Origin: Spirochaetota bacterium
GTDB lineage: Bacteria > Spirochaetota > JAGLSM01 > JAKPMW01
Length of the DNA: 64,000 bases
NCBI GenBank assembly: GCA_031283155.1
Contig: JAITCI010000032.1
Location: 7,175-71,174 of the forward strand
Direction: 5' to 3'
Shown: piece by piece, positions 9,301 to 17,124 of the stretch
Numbering within the stretch: position 1 is the first letter of the stretch
Layout: the number at the start of each line of letters is the position of its first letter
Made by a program: the position numbers and the translations under genes
Notes under the pieces: model-generated
What the model saw: the letters and a program-made list of their open reading frames with translations, nothing else
The model's database searches: none
Told to the model about the DNA's origin: nothing

Positions 9301-10143
9301 CTAATAGGCTGGTGCCGGAGTGAGATCTATTCCTTTTTCCTCCGCATATTTTTCCGCCCTTTTCTTGCAGGTCAGACAAAGCGAAGTAAGATTGACCGCC
9401 GCAGCGTCTTCTACAGTGCCGCTGCTTATTACACCGCCGGCGTCTCTGCTCATATTCACATGAGAACAATCTTCGTAATAATGGAATTTACCGCCAGCCG
9501 GCGTCCAGTATACGGTATTCGAATTCACCAACTGCTCAACCTGTTGAGAATACTGCTCGGCGGAGAGCGGGTTGAAATCGATACCAAAAATGCCCGCGAT
9601 AACCAGCGCCGCGCCGGCAACCACGCCCAATAATGCCTTTTGCTTCTCATCGAGATCCTTATTGGTCAGGATGAGGATGAGCAGGGGCAGGAACGCGATA
9701 ACGGCGACGATAACCCCAAGCTGGGTTTGCAGGAAAAATTTAACCTTGTCGCGCTCGGAAGCCGGGTCGAGATGATTTGCCTTTTTCCAGAGCAGGGAAC
9801 CGATCACCACAAGAACCAGATCGATCACAATCAGCGCGATCAGCCAGGTCATAAAGGGGATGGGCGGATCAAACGAGGTTTCACCTTTGACGAGCAGGAC
9901 GATAGCCGCCGCTTCCGCCGCAATCGCAAGCACCCACAGGATGATCGCGATAACACGGAAATTTTTAGCGCTCGCCTTCGCTTCCGGCGGGGGGGTAAAG
10001 CGCACACGCGAAACTTCCGGCGCGCTTGTTTGCACAGGTCTTCTTGCAGCAGCGACCGGGGCAGCCTTTGGAGCCGCTTTTTTGGTTGAGGACCCGCGCG
10101 CTGAGGATCCGCGTGCTGACGTAGTTTTTTTTGTTGTTGCCAT
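9301..10143 (-). CDS. hypothetical membrane protein with a basic AKP-rich N-terminal tail, 4 predicted TM helices and a C-terminal Cys/His zinc-ribbon-like module
   Basis: Start ATG 10143 (MATTKKTTSARGSS...KKAAPKAAPVAAARRP) with RBS aagagg. Hydrophobic segments follow. The C-terminus reads FHYYEDCSHVN...CLTCKKR. Confidence 0.5.
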   Translation of the reverse strand: MATTKKTTSARGSSARGSSTKKAAPKAAPVAAARRPVQTSAPEVSRVRFTPPPEAKASAKNFRVIAIILWVLAIAAEAAAIVLLVKGETSFDPPIPFMTWLIALIVIDLVLVVIGSLLWKKANHLDPASERDKVKFFLQTQLGVIVAVIAFLPLLILILTNKDLDEKQKALLGVVAGAALVIAGIFGIDFNPLSAEQYSQQVEQLVNSNTVYWTPAGGKFHYYEDCSHVNMSRDAGGVISSGTVEDAAAVNLTSLCLTCKKRAEKYAEEKGIDLTPAPAY

Positions 10144-10208
10144 AAACACCTCTTTGTATAGTTTAGGAGGATAATCCATTTCAATAATACAATTATTTGA
10201 ATTTTTTA

Positions 10209-11693
10209 TCAATGGCTTTTTTCGCTCTCCGTAAAATCCAGGATGGAAGATATTCGTCCGGGCTGCGCCCAGCTCATGGTTCCCGCCATTTTGGACGAAA
10301 GCAGATATTGCTCAATGGCGGGATCGGATAATTGCGCAAGCAGCGATTCGGCCTTGCTTTCCTCCGCGCACGGAATGAATGCCTGCAGGGACTGGTTCGC
10401 CTGCCATACGCCCGCGAATAACTGCGGGCGGAAAGAGGCTTTCCCATAAGCCTCCCACACAATTTTGTACTTTTGGAAATTATATTTACCCACACCCAGG
10501 AGCGCCCACCAGATACCGCGCTGTATATACGCCTGTATCAAAGTGCCTTTCCGATTGATCAGAATATCCCTGAATTGGCGCAGGTAGTCCCGCAACAAGG
10601 GGGCGTTATCGAGTTCCGATGGGGTAAGCGGTTTGCCTGTTTTGTCGTTATAGGGCAACAAAACCCATTTCGCCGGAAGCGCGCTCTGTTTGAAATTGTT
10701 TTTGGTTATCAGGGGGTATACATATTTTTTGGGCAGGAGATATATATCATTTACCCTGCACCGGAGCGTATCCATTTCTTCATACTTGTCAAACACGAAC
10801 ACCCCTATCGCCCCGCAGGGATTTATGCCCTGGCGGGGCTTTGCGTCGGGGGAGACCTGTATCTTAGGGATATTTATGGAACCGTCGGTGTCTGATGAAA
10901 TAAGCAGCGATCCGCCAATTTCGCGCGCCGCGCCTCTGTGTTCCGTCCATGTATCTTTCCCGAAGAGATACCAGGGGATGGATTCCGATTGTGTACTTTG
11001 CTTCTGAAAACACGCAAGCCCATAGCGGGTCGAGATATGCGCAAACACCTCCAGATTTTCAAAGTCGTACACGGAGCGCAAAGAATAGACGGAATCATAT
11101 ATTTTGAATTGCCGGAACCGCGCGTGCGCGTCATTCAGGAATAAAGACAACGGCAAAAAAAATACTGCCTTGCCGCCCGGAACCAGATTGCGGTATATGC
11201 ACTTCTGGATCACAAGCGCGGCGATATCCATTCTGGAACCGCCCAGAAGCAGCGCCTGCGGATTATCCACCAAATCATATTCGATAAACCATTTTTTTGC
11301 GGGTTCCCTGTACTCCGCCGGTAAATCCACAAAATTGCACCAGGGCGGATTGCCGAATACAACGTCAAAGCTCTCCCCTAAGGCCATGATGTCGCTGTTT
11401 ATAAAATTCGTCCGCATATCCGCGTCATACGCATGGGCGAATTTTTCGAGCGCGCGGGTATACGCGGCGGTGTTCAGCTCCGCCCCAAAAAGCCGCTGGA
11501 TCGGCAAGTTACCGGGCGCATAGCCCCGCTCGAACCCATACTGTACCAGCGCGGCGAGCAAATGCCCCTCGCCCATCGTGGGGTCAAAAATGGTTTTTCC
11601 GGCAATCCAGTCGTCAAAAAGATCATAGCGCTCTATGGCAAATTTTGCCCACTTGTACGGCGTGTATACAGCGCCTATGGACAGATTATTCAC
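10209..11693 (-). CDS. gamma-class N6-adenine DNA methyltransferase (Eco57I/TaqI-like N6_Mtase plus C-terminal specificity domain), orphan
   Basis: Motif I FDPTMGEGHLL and motif IV VVFGNPPW. The GTG start at 11693 overlaps the pgm stop (GTGA). No restriction endonuclease gene is adjacent. Confidence 0.7.
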   Translation of the reverse strand: MNNLSIGAVYTPYKWAKFAIERYDLFDDWIAGKTIFDPTMGEGHLLAALVQYGFERGYAPGNLPIQRLFGAELNTAAYTRALEKFAHAYDADMRTNFINSDIMALGESFDVVFGNPPWCNFVDLPAEYREPAKKWFIEYDLVDNPQALLLGGSRMDIAALVIQKCIYRNLVPGGKAVFFLPLSLFLNDAHARFRQFKIYDSVYSLRSVYDFENLEVFAHISTRYGLACFQKQSTQSESIPWYLFGKDTWTEHRGAAREIGGSLLISSDTDGSINIPKIQVSPDAKPRQGINPCGAIGVFVFDKYEEMDTLRCRVNDIYLLPKKYVYPLITKNNFKQSALPAKWVLLPYNDKTGKPLTPSELDNAPLLRDYLRQFRDILINRKGTLIQAYIQRGIWWALLGVGKYNFQKYKIVWEAYGKASFRPQLFAGVWQANQSLQAFIPCAEESKAESLLAQLSDPAIEQYLLSSKMAGTMSWAQPGRISSILDFTESEKSH

Positions 11694-13363
11694 CCTGTAT
11701 ACGGATCGGGCTGGTTCGCGTCGGTGTACTTTTTGCTCTTGCCCGAAAATCCCGCGCCGGCAAGAAAAGCGTCGAAAGCGTCTTTCATCGGCTGCGTAAC
11801 GGGCGATTTTGGCCGCGCAAACTGGGTATCGTATTTTGTGCAGTACACGCGCAGGGTATAGCCGCCGGAGCCCGTTCCCGAGAAGCGCGCCTTAATGGTA
11901 TTGCCCTCGCTGAATTGCAGAAAAAAGGCGCAGGCGGTATCGGCGGCCTGTTTTGTTTTGGGGTGGATATAGTCCCAGGAACCGGCCTTTTCGAGTTTGA
12001 GCGTGCTGTATGTGCCGCCCACATATTTCGCCGCGTCCTTCAGGATGGAGGTAAGCAGCGTTTTTTCGTTCTCGTCGCTTCCGGAAACCTCGCCGCGCGT
12101 AAAGAAAACGCGGCCAAATTCCTTCCAGACGCCCTCCATGAGTTCCTGCACGGTTTTGCCTGTTTCCAGTAGAATTTTGAGCAAAAAGGCGGTCGCGAAG
12201 ATCCCGTCCTTCTCGCGGATGTAGGGATTGCCGACGCCGTTGGATTCCTCAACGCCCCAGTTCCCGAGTTCGGCGATCCATTTGAAGCCCGTGGGCGTCT
12301 CGACCGCATGTACCGTATGCTTAGGGAATTTTTTTTCGAGATAGCCTTGCATGAGGTCGATGGTTCCCGCCGTAACCGTGGAACGCCCGAAATAGATCTC
12401 ATGCGGAAAGAGTTTTTCCACGCCTATCAATTCGGCGTATTTCGAGAACAGCGCAAACTCGTCCGCCGACTCAATAAAAAAGCCCTTGCCACCGTCAAGG
12501 CGGCGATCCACATCGGAATCCCATGCCGCCACAATATCGTATTTTCCCGTGGCGTTCAGCTTAATCAATTCGCCTATATAATCGAAATCGGGCTCGGGGT
12601 GCAGCGGGTGTCCGTGCGCGTCGAGTCCGCCGAGATCCTCGCGCGGCTCCTCGCGCAGAATGGTTGCGTCCAAGCCCAAACGATTGATGAAAACCTCATG
12701 CGCAAACGGTCCGGCGGCGCCGTGCATTGCGTCAAAGGCGGCAGCAAACCCGGGGCGCAGGGCGAGCGCATCACGCATCGCGCCGAAATGCAGAACCTCG
12801 TCCAGAAGGTCGGCGTATAGCTTAACGCAATCGATACATTCAATCTGCCCCGCTTCGAGGGCGCTCTCAAAAGCCACAAAGGAATAGCTCTTTACCTCGT
12901 TTTGCATAGCGTGGACGCGCGCAACCGTTTCCTCAAGCGCCGGAGCGCCCGAAGACATATTCAGCTTAATGCCCACGTCGGTAAAGGGGTTATGGCTCGC
13001 GGTCAGGATGATCCCGCCCGCCGCCTTACACTCCCGAATGGTATGCGACATCGCGGGCGTGGACGCGAGGCTGTCCTTCGCGATGATCACGCGAAACCCA
13101 TTTCCCACCATAATTTCGGCGATGCGGCGTACCCTGTCGGCGTTCCCCTTGCGCGGATCGCCGCCGATGATCAGGGTTTTATTGTTTTCCGCGACCTCTT
13201 TCATATTGGTCAGCTCGACAAAATAATCCGCCACGCCCTGGGCGAACTGTTCCAGAAAGAGCGGCCGGTTATAGTCCTCCTGCACAAGACGCAGCCCCGA
13301 GGTTCCCATTTTACCGATAGACCAGGGTTTTTCGATACGCGCGGTTTCAATCTTCAGCGGCAT
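11690..13363 (-). CDS. pgm: phosphoglucomutase / alpha-D-phosphohexomutase
   Basis: Active-site loop TASHNPFTDVGIKL, a Mg-binding region and a phosphate-binding region. Start ATG 13363 (MPLKIETARIEKPW) with RBS aggaggg. The ORF-track extension to 13549 lacks an RBS and runs into repeats. Confidence 0.8.
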   Translation of the reverse strand: MPLKIETARIEKPWSIGKMGTSGLRLVQEDYNRPLFLEQFAQGVADYFVELTNMKEVAENNKTLIIGGDPRKGNADRVRRIAEIMVGNGFRVIIAKDSLASTPAMSHTIRECKAAGGIILTASHNPFTDVGIKLNMSSGAPALEETVARVHAMQNEVKSYSFVAFESALEAGQIECIDCVKLYADLLDEVLHFGAMRDALALRPGFAAAFDAMHGAAGPFAHEVFINRLGLDATILREEPREDLGGLDAHGHPLHPEPDFDYIGELIKLNATGKYDIVAAWDSDVDRRLDGGKGFFIESADEFALFSKYAELIGVEKLFPHEIYFGRSTVTAGTIDLMQGYLEKKFPKHTVHAVETPTGFKWIAELGNWGVEESNGVGNPYIREKDGIFATAFLLKILLETGKTVQELMEGVWKEFGRVFFTRGEVSGSDENEKTLLTSILKDAAKYVGGTYSTLKLEKAGSWDYIHPKTKQAADTACAFFLQFSEGNTIKARFSGTGSGGYTLRVYCTKYDTQFARPKSPVTQPMKDAFDAFLAGAGFSGKSKKYTDANQPDPYTG

Positions 13364-13439
13364 GACGCCCTCCTGTTGGCCGCAAGGTGTCTGACGCAGC
13401 CTGCGCTTAGCATAAAGCAGGAACAAAGCCGCGGTCAAG

Positions 13440-13530
13440 TACAAGGACACGGGGGAAAGCCTTCCCCCGCGAGGCAGCCAGTGCTGCCTCTCCCCCTTCT
13501 TCGGGGGCTTCGCCCCCAAACCCCCAAAAA
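13440..13530. promoter_or_regulatory. GC-rich cluster of mutually exclusive hairpins (possible leader/attenuator) upstream of pgm
   Basis: gggggaaagccttccccc (13451..13468), gaggcagccagtgctgcctc (13471..13490), and ccccc-ttcttc-ggggg-cttcg-ccccc-aaa-ccccc (13492..13525), in which the G5 run can pair with either flanking C5 run. Confidence 0.3.
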
Positions 13531-13563
13531 CTACAAGACATTTGGCCACGAAAAGGCGCGGCT

Positions 13564-13744
13564 GTCATTGCGAACCTTGCGGAGCAAGGTGAAGCAATCC
13601 ACTTTTGCATAATTACAGCCTGGATTGCTTCGCTGCGCTCGCAATGACTGGGCGTAAACGATGACAGGGCATAAACGATGGCAGGAGGAAATCATCACCC
13701 CATCATTGCGAACCTTGCGGAGCAAGGTGAAGCAATCCACTTTT
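13564..13744. repeat. repeat family A complex: two direct copies (13564..13606, 13703..13744) and one inverted copy (13622..13648)
   Basis: gtcattgcgaaccttgcggagcaaggtgaagcaatccactttt occurs twice. ggattgcttcgctgcgctcgcaatgac is the reverse complement of the copy at 1771. Confidence 0.65.
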
Positions 13745-13823
13745 AAAATTTTTGCCTTTTTCGCGGCTCCGCGCGCATACTCAAATTCTTAAATAGGGTG
13801 TATACTATGGGTATTATGTCCTT

Positions 13824-13874
13824 GTTGCCCTTGCGCTTCTCCCTCCGGTCGCAACATCCTGTTGCGCAAGGGCA
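13824..13874 (+). promoter_or_regulatory. 12-bp inverted repeat (ttgcccttgcgc ... gcgcaagggcaa) enclosing palindrome CAACATCCTGTTG, in the 5' region of the phase-variable protease gene
   Basis: Perfect 12-bp arms with a 27-nt spacer containing caacatcctgttg (13851..13863). It lies 26 nt upstream of ATG 13901. Confidence 0.4.
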
Positions 13875-13900
13875 AAAACGTTCTGTTTTTGGAGGAAAGT

Positions 13901-15311
13901 ATGAAACACGTCCGGCGGATTGGTCTTTGTATTATGCTCCTGGTGATATGCTTTGGATGCAGCGACCTGTTGAGTCTTTTTGAGGGCGGCGATCCGGGCA
14001 GCGAAATCAAACCGGCAACAACATCCGCGCTGCTGCTCTATAATATCTCCGGCAGTACCAACGATACGGCGGGGCAGGCAATCGGAAATATACCGGCGAT
14101 CAACATTCCTGAACCGGACCGATCCATGCGCTCCGCAATGGAAAATGCGCCATCGCTCCTGAAGGATCTCCCCGGGCGAATGGGGGGGGGGGGGGGTAAC
14201 GTATGCCCGCGCGTTGTCCGCCGCTCCGCAGCAGCGCGCCCCGCTTGCAACGAACTATCCCTTTAAGGCCTTCAACGCGGATGAGACTATTGTCACCATA
14301 AATGCCACCTTGCGCGGCGAAAGCGAGCGGTGTTATGTGTATGTTGAAAACGGGCAGGAGGGGACAACCAATTGGGAGGCGATAGCTGATTTTTTTACAG
14401 CCAGAGTATGGGAAGAAGACACCAGACTTTTCGGCGAACCGTATATAGTGACGAACACGAGTCCCAAGATCGTTATTCTCTATTACAGAATGAAGAATGA
14501 CAAGGGCAGCGAAGAGAAAAATATCCTGGGTTTCTTTTATTCCAGGGATATGCAAACAAGCGGCGCCATTCCAGGTAACGAATATTCCAATGGAATGAAC
14601 ATATTTTATATGAACCTCTCTTTTCCCTACGGACCAAACCATTCGGAGATGCAGCGCACCCTCTTTCATGAATTCCAGCACATGATCAATTACAGCAGGA
14701 GAACGCTTGTAAACGGATATCCCCGGATGTGCACCTGGATGGACGAGGGTCTTGCGGAATCCGTGGAGCATTATGGATTGGGTACATACGGGGATTCCCG
14801 CGTCAAATCGATGAACGCGGATCGAAGCGGGCGGCTCGCGAATGGCTGTTCGCTTACCGTTTGGACCCGCGACGCAGACGATATTAACTACGGGCTGGCC
14901 TATACCTTCCTGCAGTATCTGCGCCTGCAATCCACCTCCGCCGGGTGGAATATCCTGCGGACCATTTTTGATCATCCAAGCGGCGATACTCCCGCCCTGG
15001 TTGCCGCGATGAGCGCGACGGGCGGCAACAGTAATCTCAACACATTTGAAAAGATGGTTTATGGCTACCACACCGCACGCTTTTTGAATGCCGACAGCGG
15101 ACTCTATAGTTTTGGAAACGAGCGGAATAATTTTAAGTTCACACCGCGCTCGCCATCGAAAACAATAAATTCGTCAACCAAAATCATTGCCGGCGGCGCG
15201 TTATATCTGCCCACGGATGACCGCGCGGCATTGGCGGCCTACAGCACAGATGGATCGGGACGCCCCAGCGGCGCGGGCGCCAGTATCCGCGCCTATCCGC
15301 ATCTTCCATGA
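13901..15311 (+). pseudogene. HExxH zinc-metalloprotease lipoprotein interrupted by a frameshift at a G15 homopolymer (putative phase-variable gene, OFF phase as sequenced)
   Basis: ATG 13901 with RBS ggagga. The signal and lipobox read MKHVRRIGLCIMLLVICFGCSD. The frame-2 ORF ends at 14266. The frame-0 ORF 14214..15311 carries LFHEFQHMINY...WMDEGLAE (HExxH plus downstream Glu, gluzincin-like). Removing one G from the 14182..14196 tract fuses the two frames into a protein of about 470 aa. Confidence 0.6.
14182..14196. repeat. poly-G homopolymeric tract (15 G) inside a coding sequence; candidate slipped-strand phase-variation switch
   Basis: tgggggggggggggggta counted directly. Confidence 0.8.
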
Positions 15312-15323
15312 TTGGAGCGCATA

Positions 15324-15779
15324 ATGAAAAAATCTCTCCTCAAAATCGCCATTGCGCTGGGACTCGCCTGCCTTACCGGTCTTGCCCTGCTTGCCTGCAA
15401 CTCCTCCGCAAAAGCGACCGATCAGGAACGCGATACCGCGCGCGCGCGGAAAACGGCGGAAAAAGCGGGTATTGATACTGAAAAAAATTCCGCCGTGCTC
15501 ATAACCAGGCGGGATCTGCGAGATAACACGCGGGTAACGATCATCGGGGTGTTGCGCCAGGTGGGTACCGCGCGTTTTCCGGAGGTTGTTATTACCCCGC
15601 CCGCCGGTTTTGATGTGGATCTCAACATCGATAAAAAGAGCATGGACAAATACGCAGAACTCTATAACAATTATGTCACCGTTACGGGGCTTTTGAAGAT
15701 TGAACTCGTCCGCTACGGCGATATCGAGCGCGAGCGCTACTCCATGACGCTGGACGCGCCGCCCAAGCTCGTTTTATAG
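15324..15779 (+). CDS. small lipoprotein of unknown function, co-transcribed downstream of the metalloprotease gene
   Basis: MKKSLLKIAIALGLACLTGLALLACNSS (signal plus lipobox). The ATG at 15324 lies 13 nt after the upstream stop. Confidence 0.55.
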   Translation: MKKSLLKIAIALGLACLTGLALLACNSSAKATDQERDTARARKTAEKAGIDTEKNSAVLITRRDLRDNTRVTIIGVLRQVGTARFPEVVITPPAGFDVDLNIDKKSMDKYAELYNNYVTVTGLLKIELVRYGDIERERYSMTLDAPPKLVL

Positions 15780-15790
15780 CGCCGGTTATA

Positions 15791-16582
15791 ATGGCTGCAG
15801 ATCATCCATCGGAATTGACGAAGAGCGGATCCGCCGACGCGATCCGGGCGGTGCGCTATGACTCCGATAACTATGCCTGGATACTTGCGGCGGAATCGGG
15901 GAACGTCATTGTTATCGACCCTGGCAGCGTGCGCGCCATAGAGGCGGCACTCGCGAACGCCCATAAAAATCCCATCGCCTTCCTGTGTACCCACAGCGAC
16001 AGTGACCACATTATGGGACTGGCGGCTCTGGCGGGCAAGTATCCTCAGGCGAGTATCGCGGTGCATCATGGATTCGCGGCGGCGCTCCCGCCCGGCGCGC
16101 GCGTTCAGCATTGCCATGACAATGAGGTGCTGCAATTCGGCGCGATGCGCATTACCTGTATGGAGACCCCCGGGCACAGCGGAGACTCGATGTGCTTTCT
16201 GACCGATGATGGCGCGTTATTTACGGGGGATACGCTTTTTGCCGCAGGCTGCGGGCGCGTGCGCGGGAATGGCTACGATGTGATGCTGCGGTCGCTTTGC
16301 CGCATCGCCGCGCTGCCGCCCGATACGCGCGTCTATCCCGGGCACGACTACCTTGAAGAGAATCTCCGGTTCACGGCAACAATGCCGCATGACGCAAAGC
16401 GCATAGGCTCGCGCCGAGCCGCGCTTGCCGAGGGAAGGGAACCCCCATCAACGCTCGCGCTCGAACTCGCCACGAACCCTTTCTTGCGCGCGATGGATCC
16501 GGAATTCCGGAAAAGCCTGCGGGCGCAAACAGCGCCGGAAGCGTTCACGCTGCTGCGTCGGCGGAAAAACAGTTTTATTTAA
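15791..16582 (+). CDS. MBL-fold hydrolase (hydroxyacylglutathione-hydrolase/glyoxalase-II-like)
   Basis: CTHSDSDHIMG metal motif (HxDxDH variant), a downstream His (HDYL) and a typical size of 263 aa. Confidence 0.65.
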   Translation: MAADHPSELTKSGSADAIRAVRYDSDNYAWILAAESGNVIVIDPGSVRAIEAALANAHKNPIAFLCTHSDSDHIMGLAALAGKYPQASIAVHHGFAAALPPGARVQHCHDNEVLQFGAMRITCMETPGHSGDSMCFLTDDGALFTGDTLFAAGCGRVRGNGYDVMLRSLCRIAALPPDTRVYPGHDYLEENLRFTATMPHDAKRIGSRRAALAEGREPPSTLALELATNPFLRAMDPEFRKSLRAQTAPEAFTLLRRRKNSFI

Positions 16583-16967
16583 CGATGAGATACAGCAGGG
16601 TAGCGGGATCCTGATGCTTGCCGCTGCGCTGCACCGACTGAAAAACCACTATCGATTTATTGTTCTTGTCCGTCATAACGTCCGTGAATCTGTATTCGTA
16701 GCTTTCGCCGGCGCTCTCGCACGAGAGTACCCAGCTTGCCCCGTCATGCCGCCAGCCCTGAATGATGGTTTCCATTTCGCCGCTTTTTAAGCTCTTGATG
16801 GCTTCCACAAAGCCCGCAATGGTGACATTTTTTTTGGTGAGTTCGGTTTCATCGAACTGAATCACTGCGGCAAGAAAATCCTCGGCCGGATCGGTATATT
16901 TGCTGCACGCAACAATGAGCAGCCCCAGCATGATCATTATGGTTATCATGGTAAAAATTTTCTGCAT
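16575..16967 (-). CDS. small lipoprotein, hypothetical
   Basis: The likely start is ATG 16967 (MQKIFTMITIMIMLGLLIVACSKY) with RBS gggagg. The longer ORF-track N-terminus has no RBS. Confidence 0.5.
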   Translation of the reverse strand: MQKIFTMITIMIMLGLLIVACSKYTDPAEDFLAAVIQFDETELTKKNVTIAGFVEAIKSLKSGEMETIIQGWRHDGASWVLSCESAGESYEYRFTDVMTDKNNKSIVVFQSVQRSGKHQDPATLLYLIVK

Positions 16968-17124
16968 ATAAACCTCCCTTATATTTTTGTCTATTCGCCC
17001 GTCGGCGGACAGTTTTTCAAATCGTTCTTCTAAGATACCCCGATTTTTCGCGTTTCTATCGCTATTTTCATAGATTTTTATAAAAGTTTTTGCGAAACCC
17101 CGGCGTTTCAGGAGGAGAACCCGC

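Noticed and set aside
10209-13363. MTase region as a mobile element or R-M island
   Set aside because: There is no transposase, integrase or endonuclease, no flanking direct repeats, and a translationally coupled housekeeping gene with GC similar to the flanks.
13407-13740. Small ORFs (13407..13610, 13531..13740) with repeated DCFTLLRKVRND peptide
   Set aside because: They simply read through the family-A nucleotide repeats and hairpins, and have no start context.
13564-13744. Possibility that the family-A or family-B repeat clusters are a CRISPR array
   Set aside because: There are only 2 to 3 copies with irregular spacing, one copy is inverted, the repeats have variable centres, and there are no cas genes.
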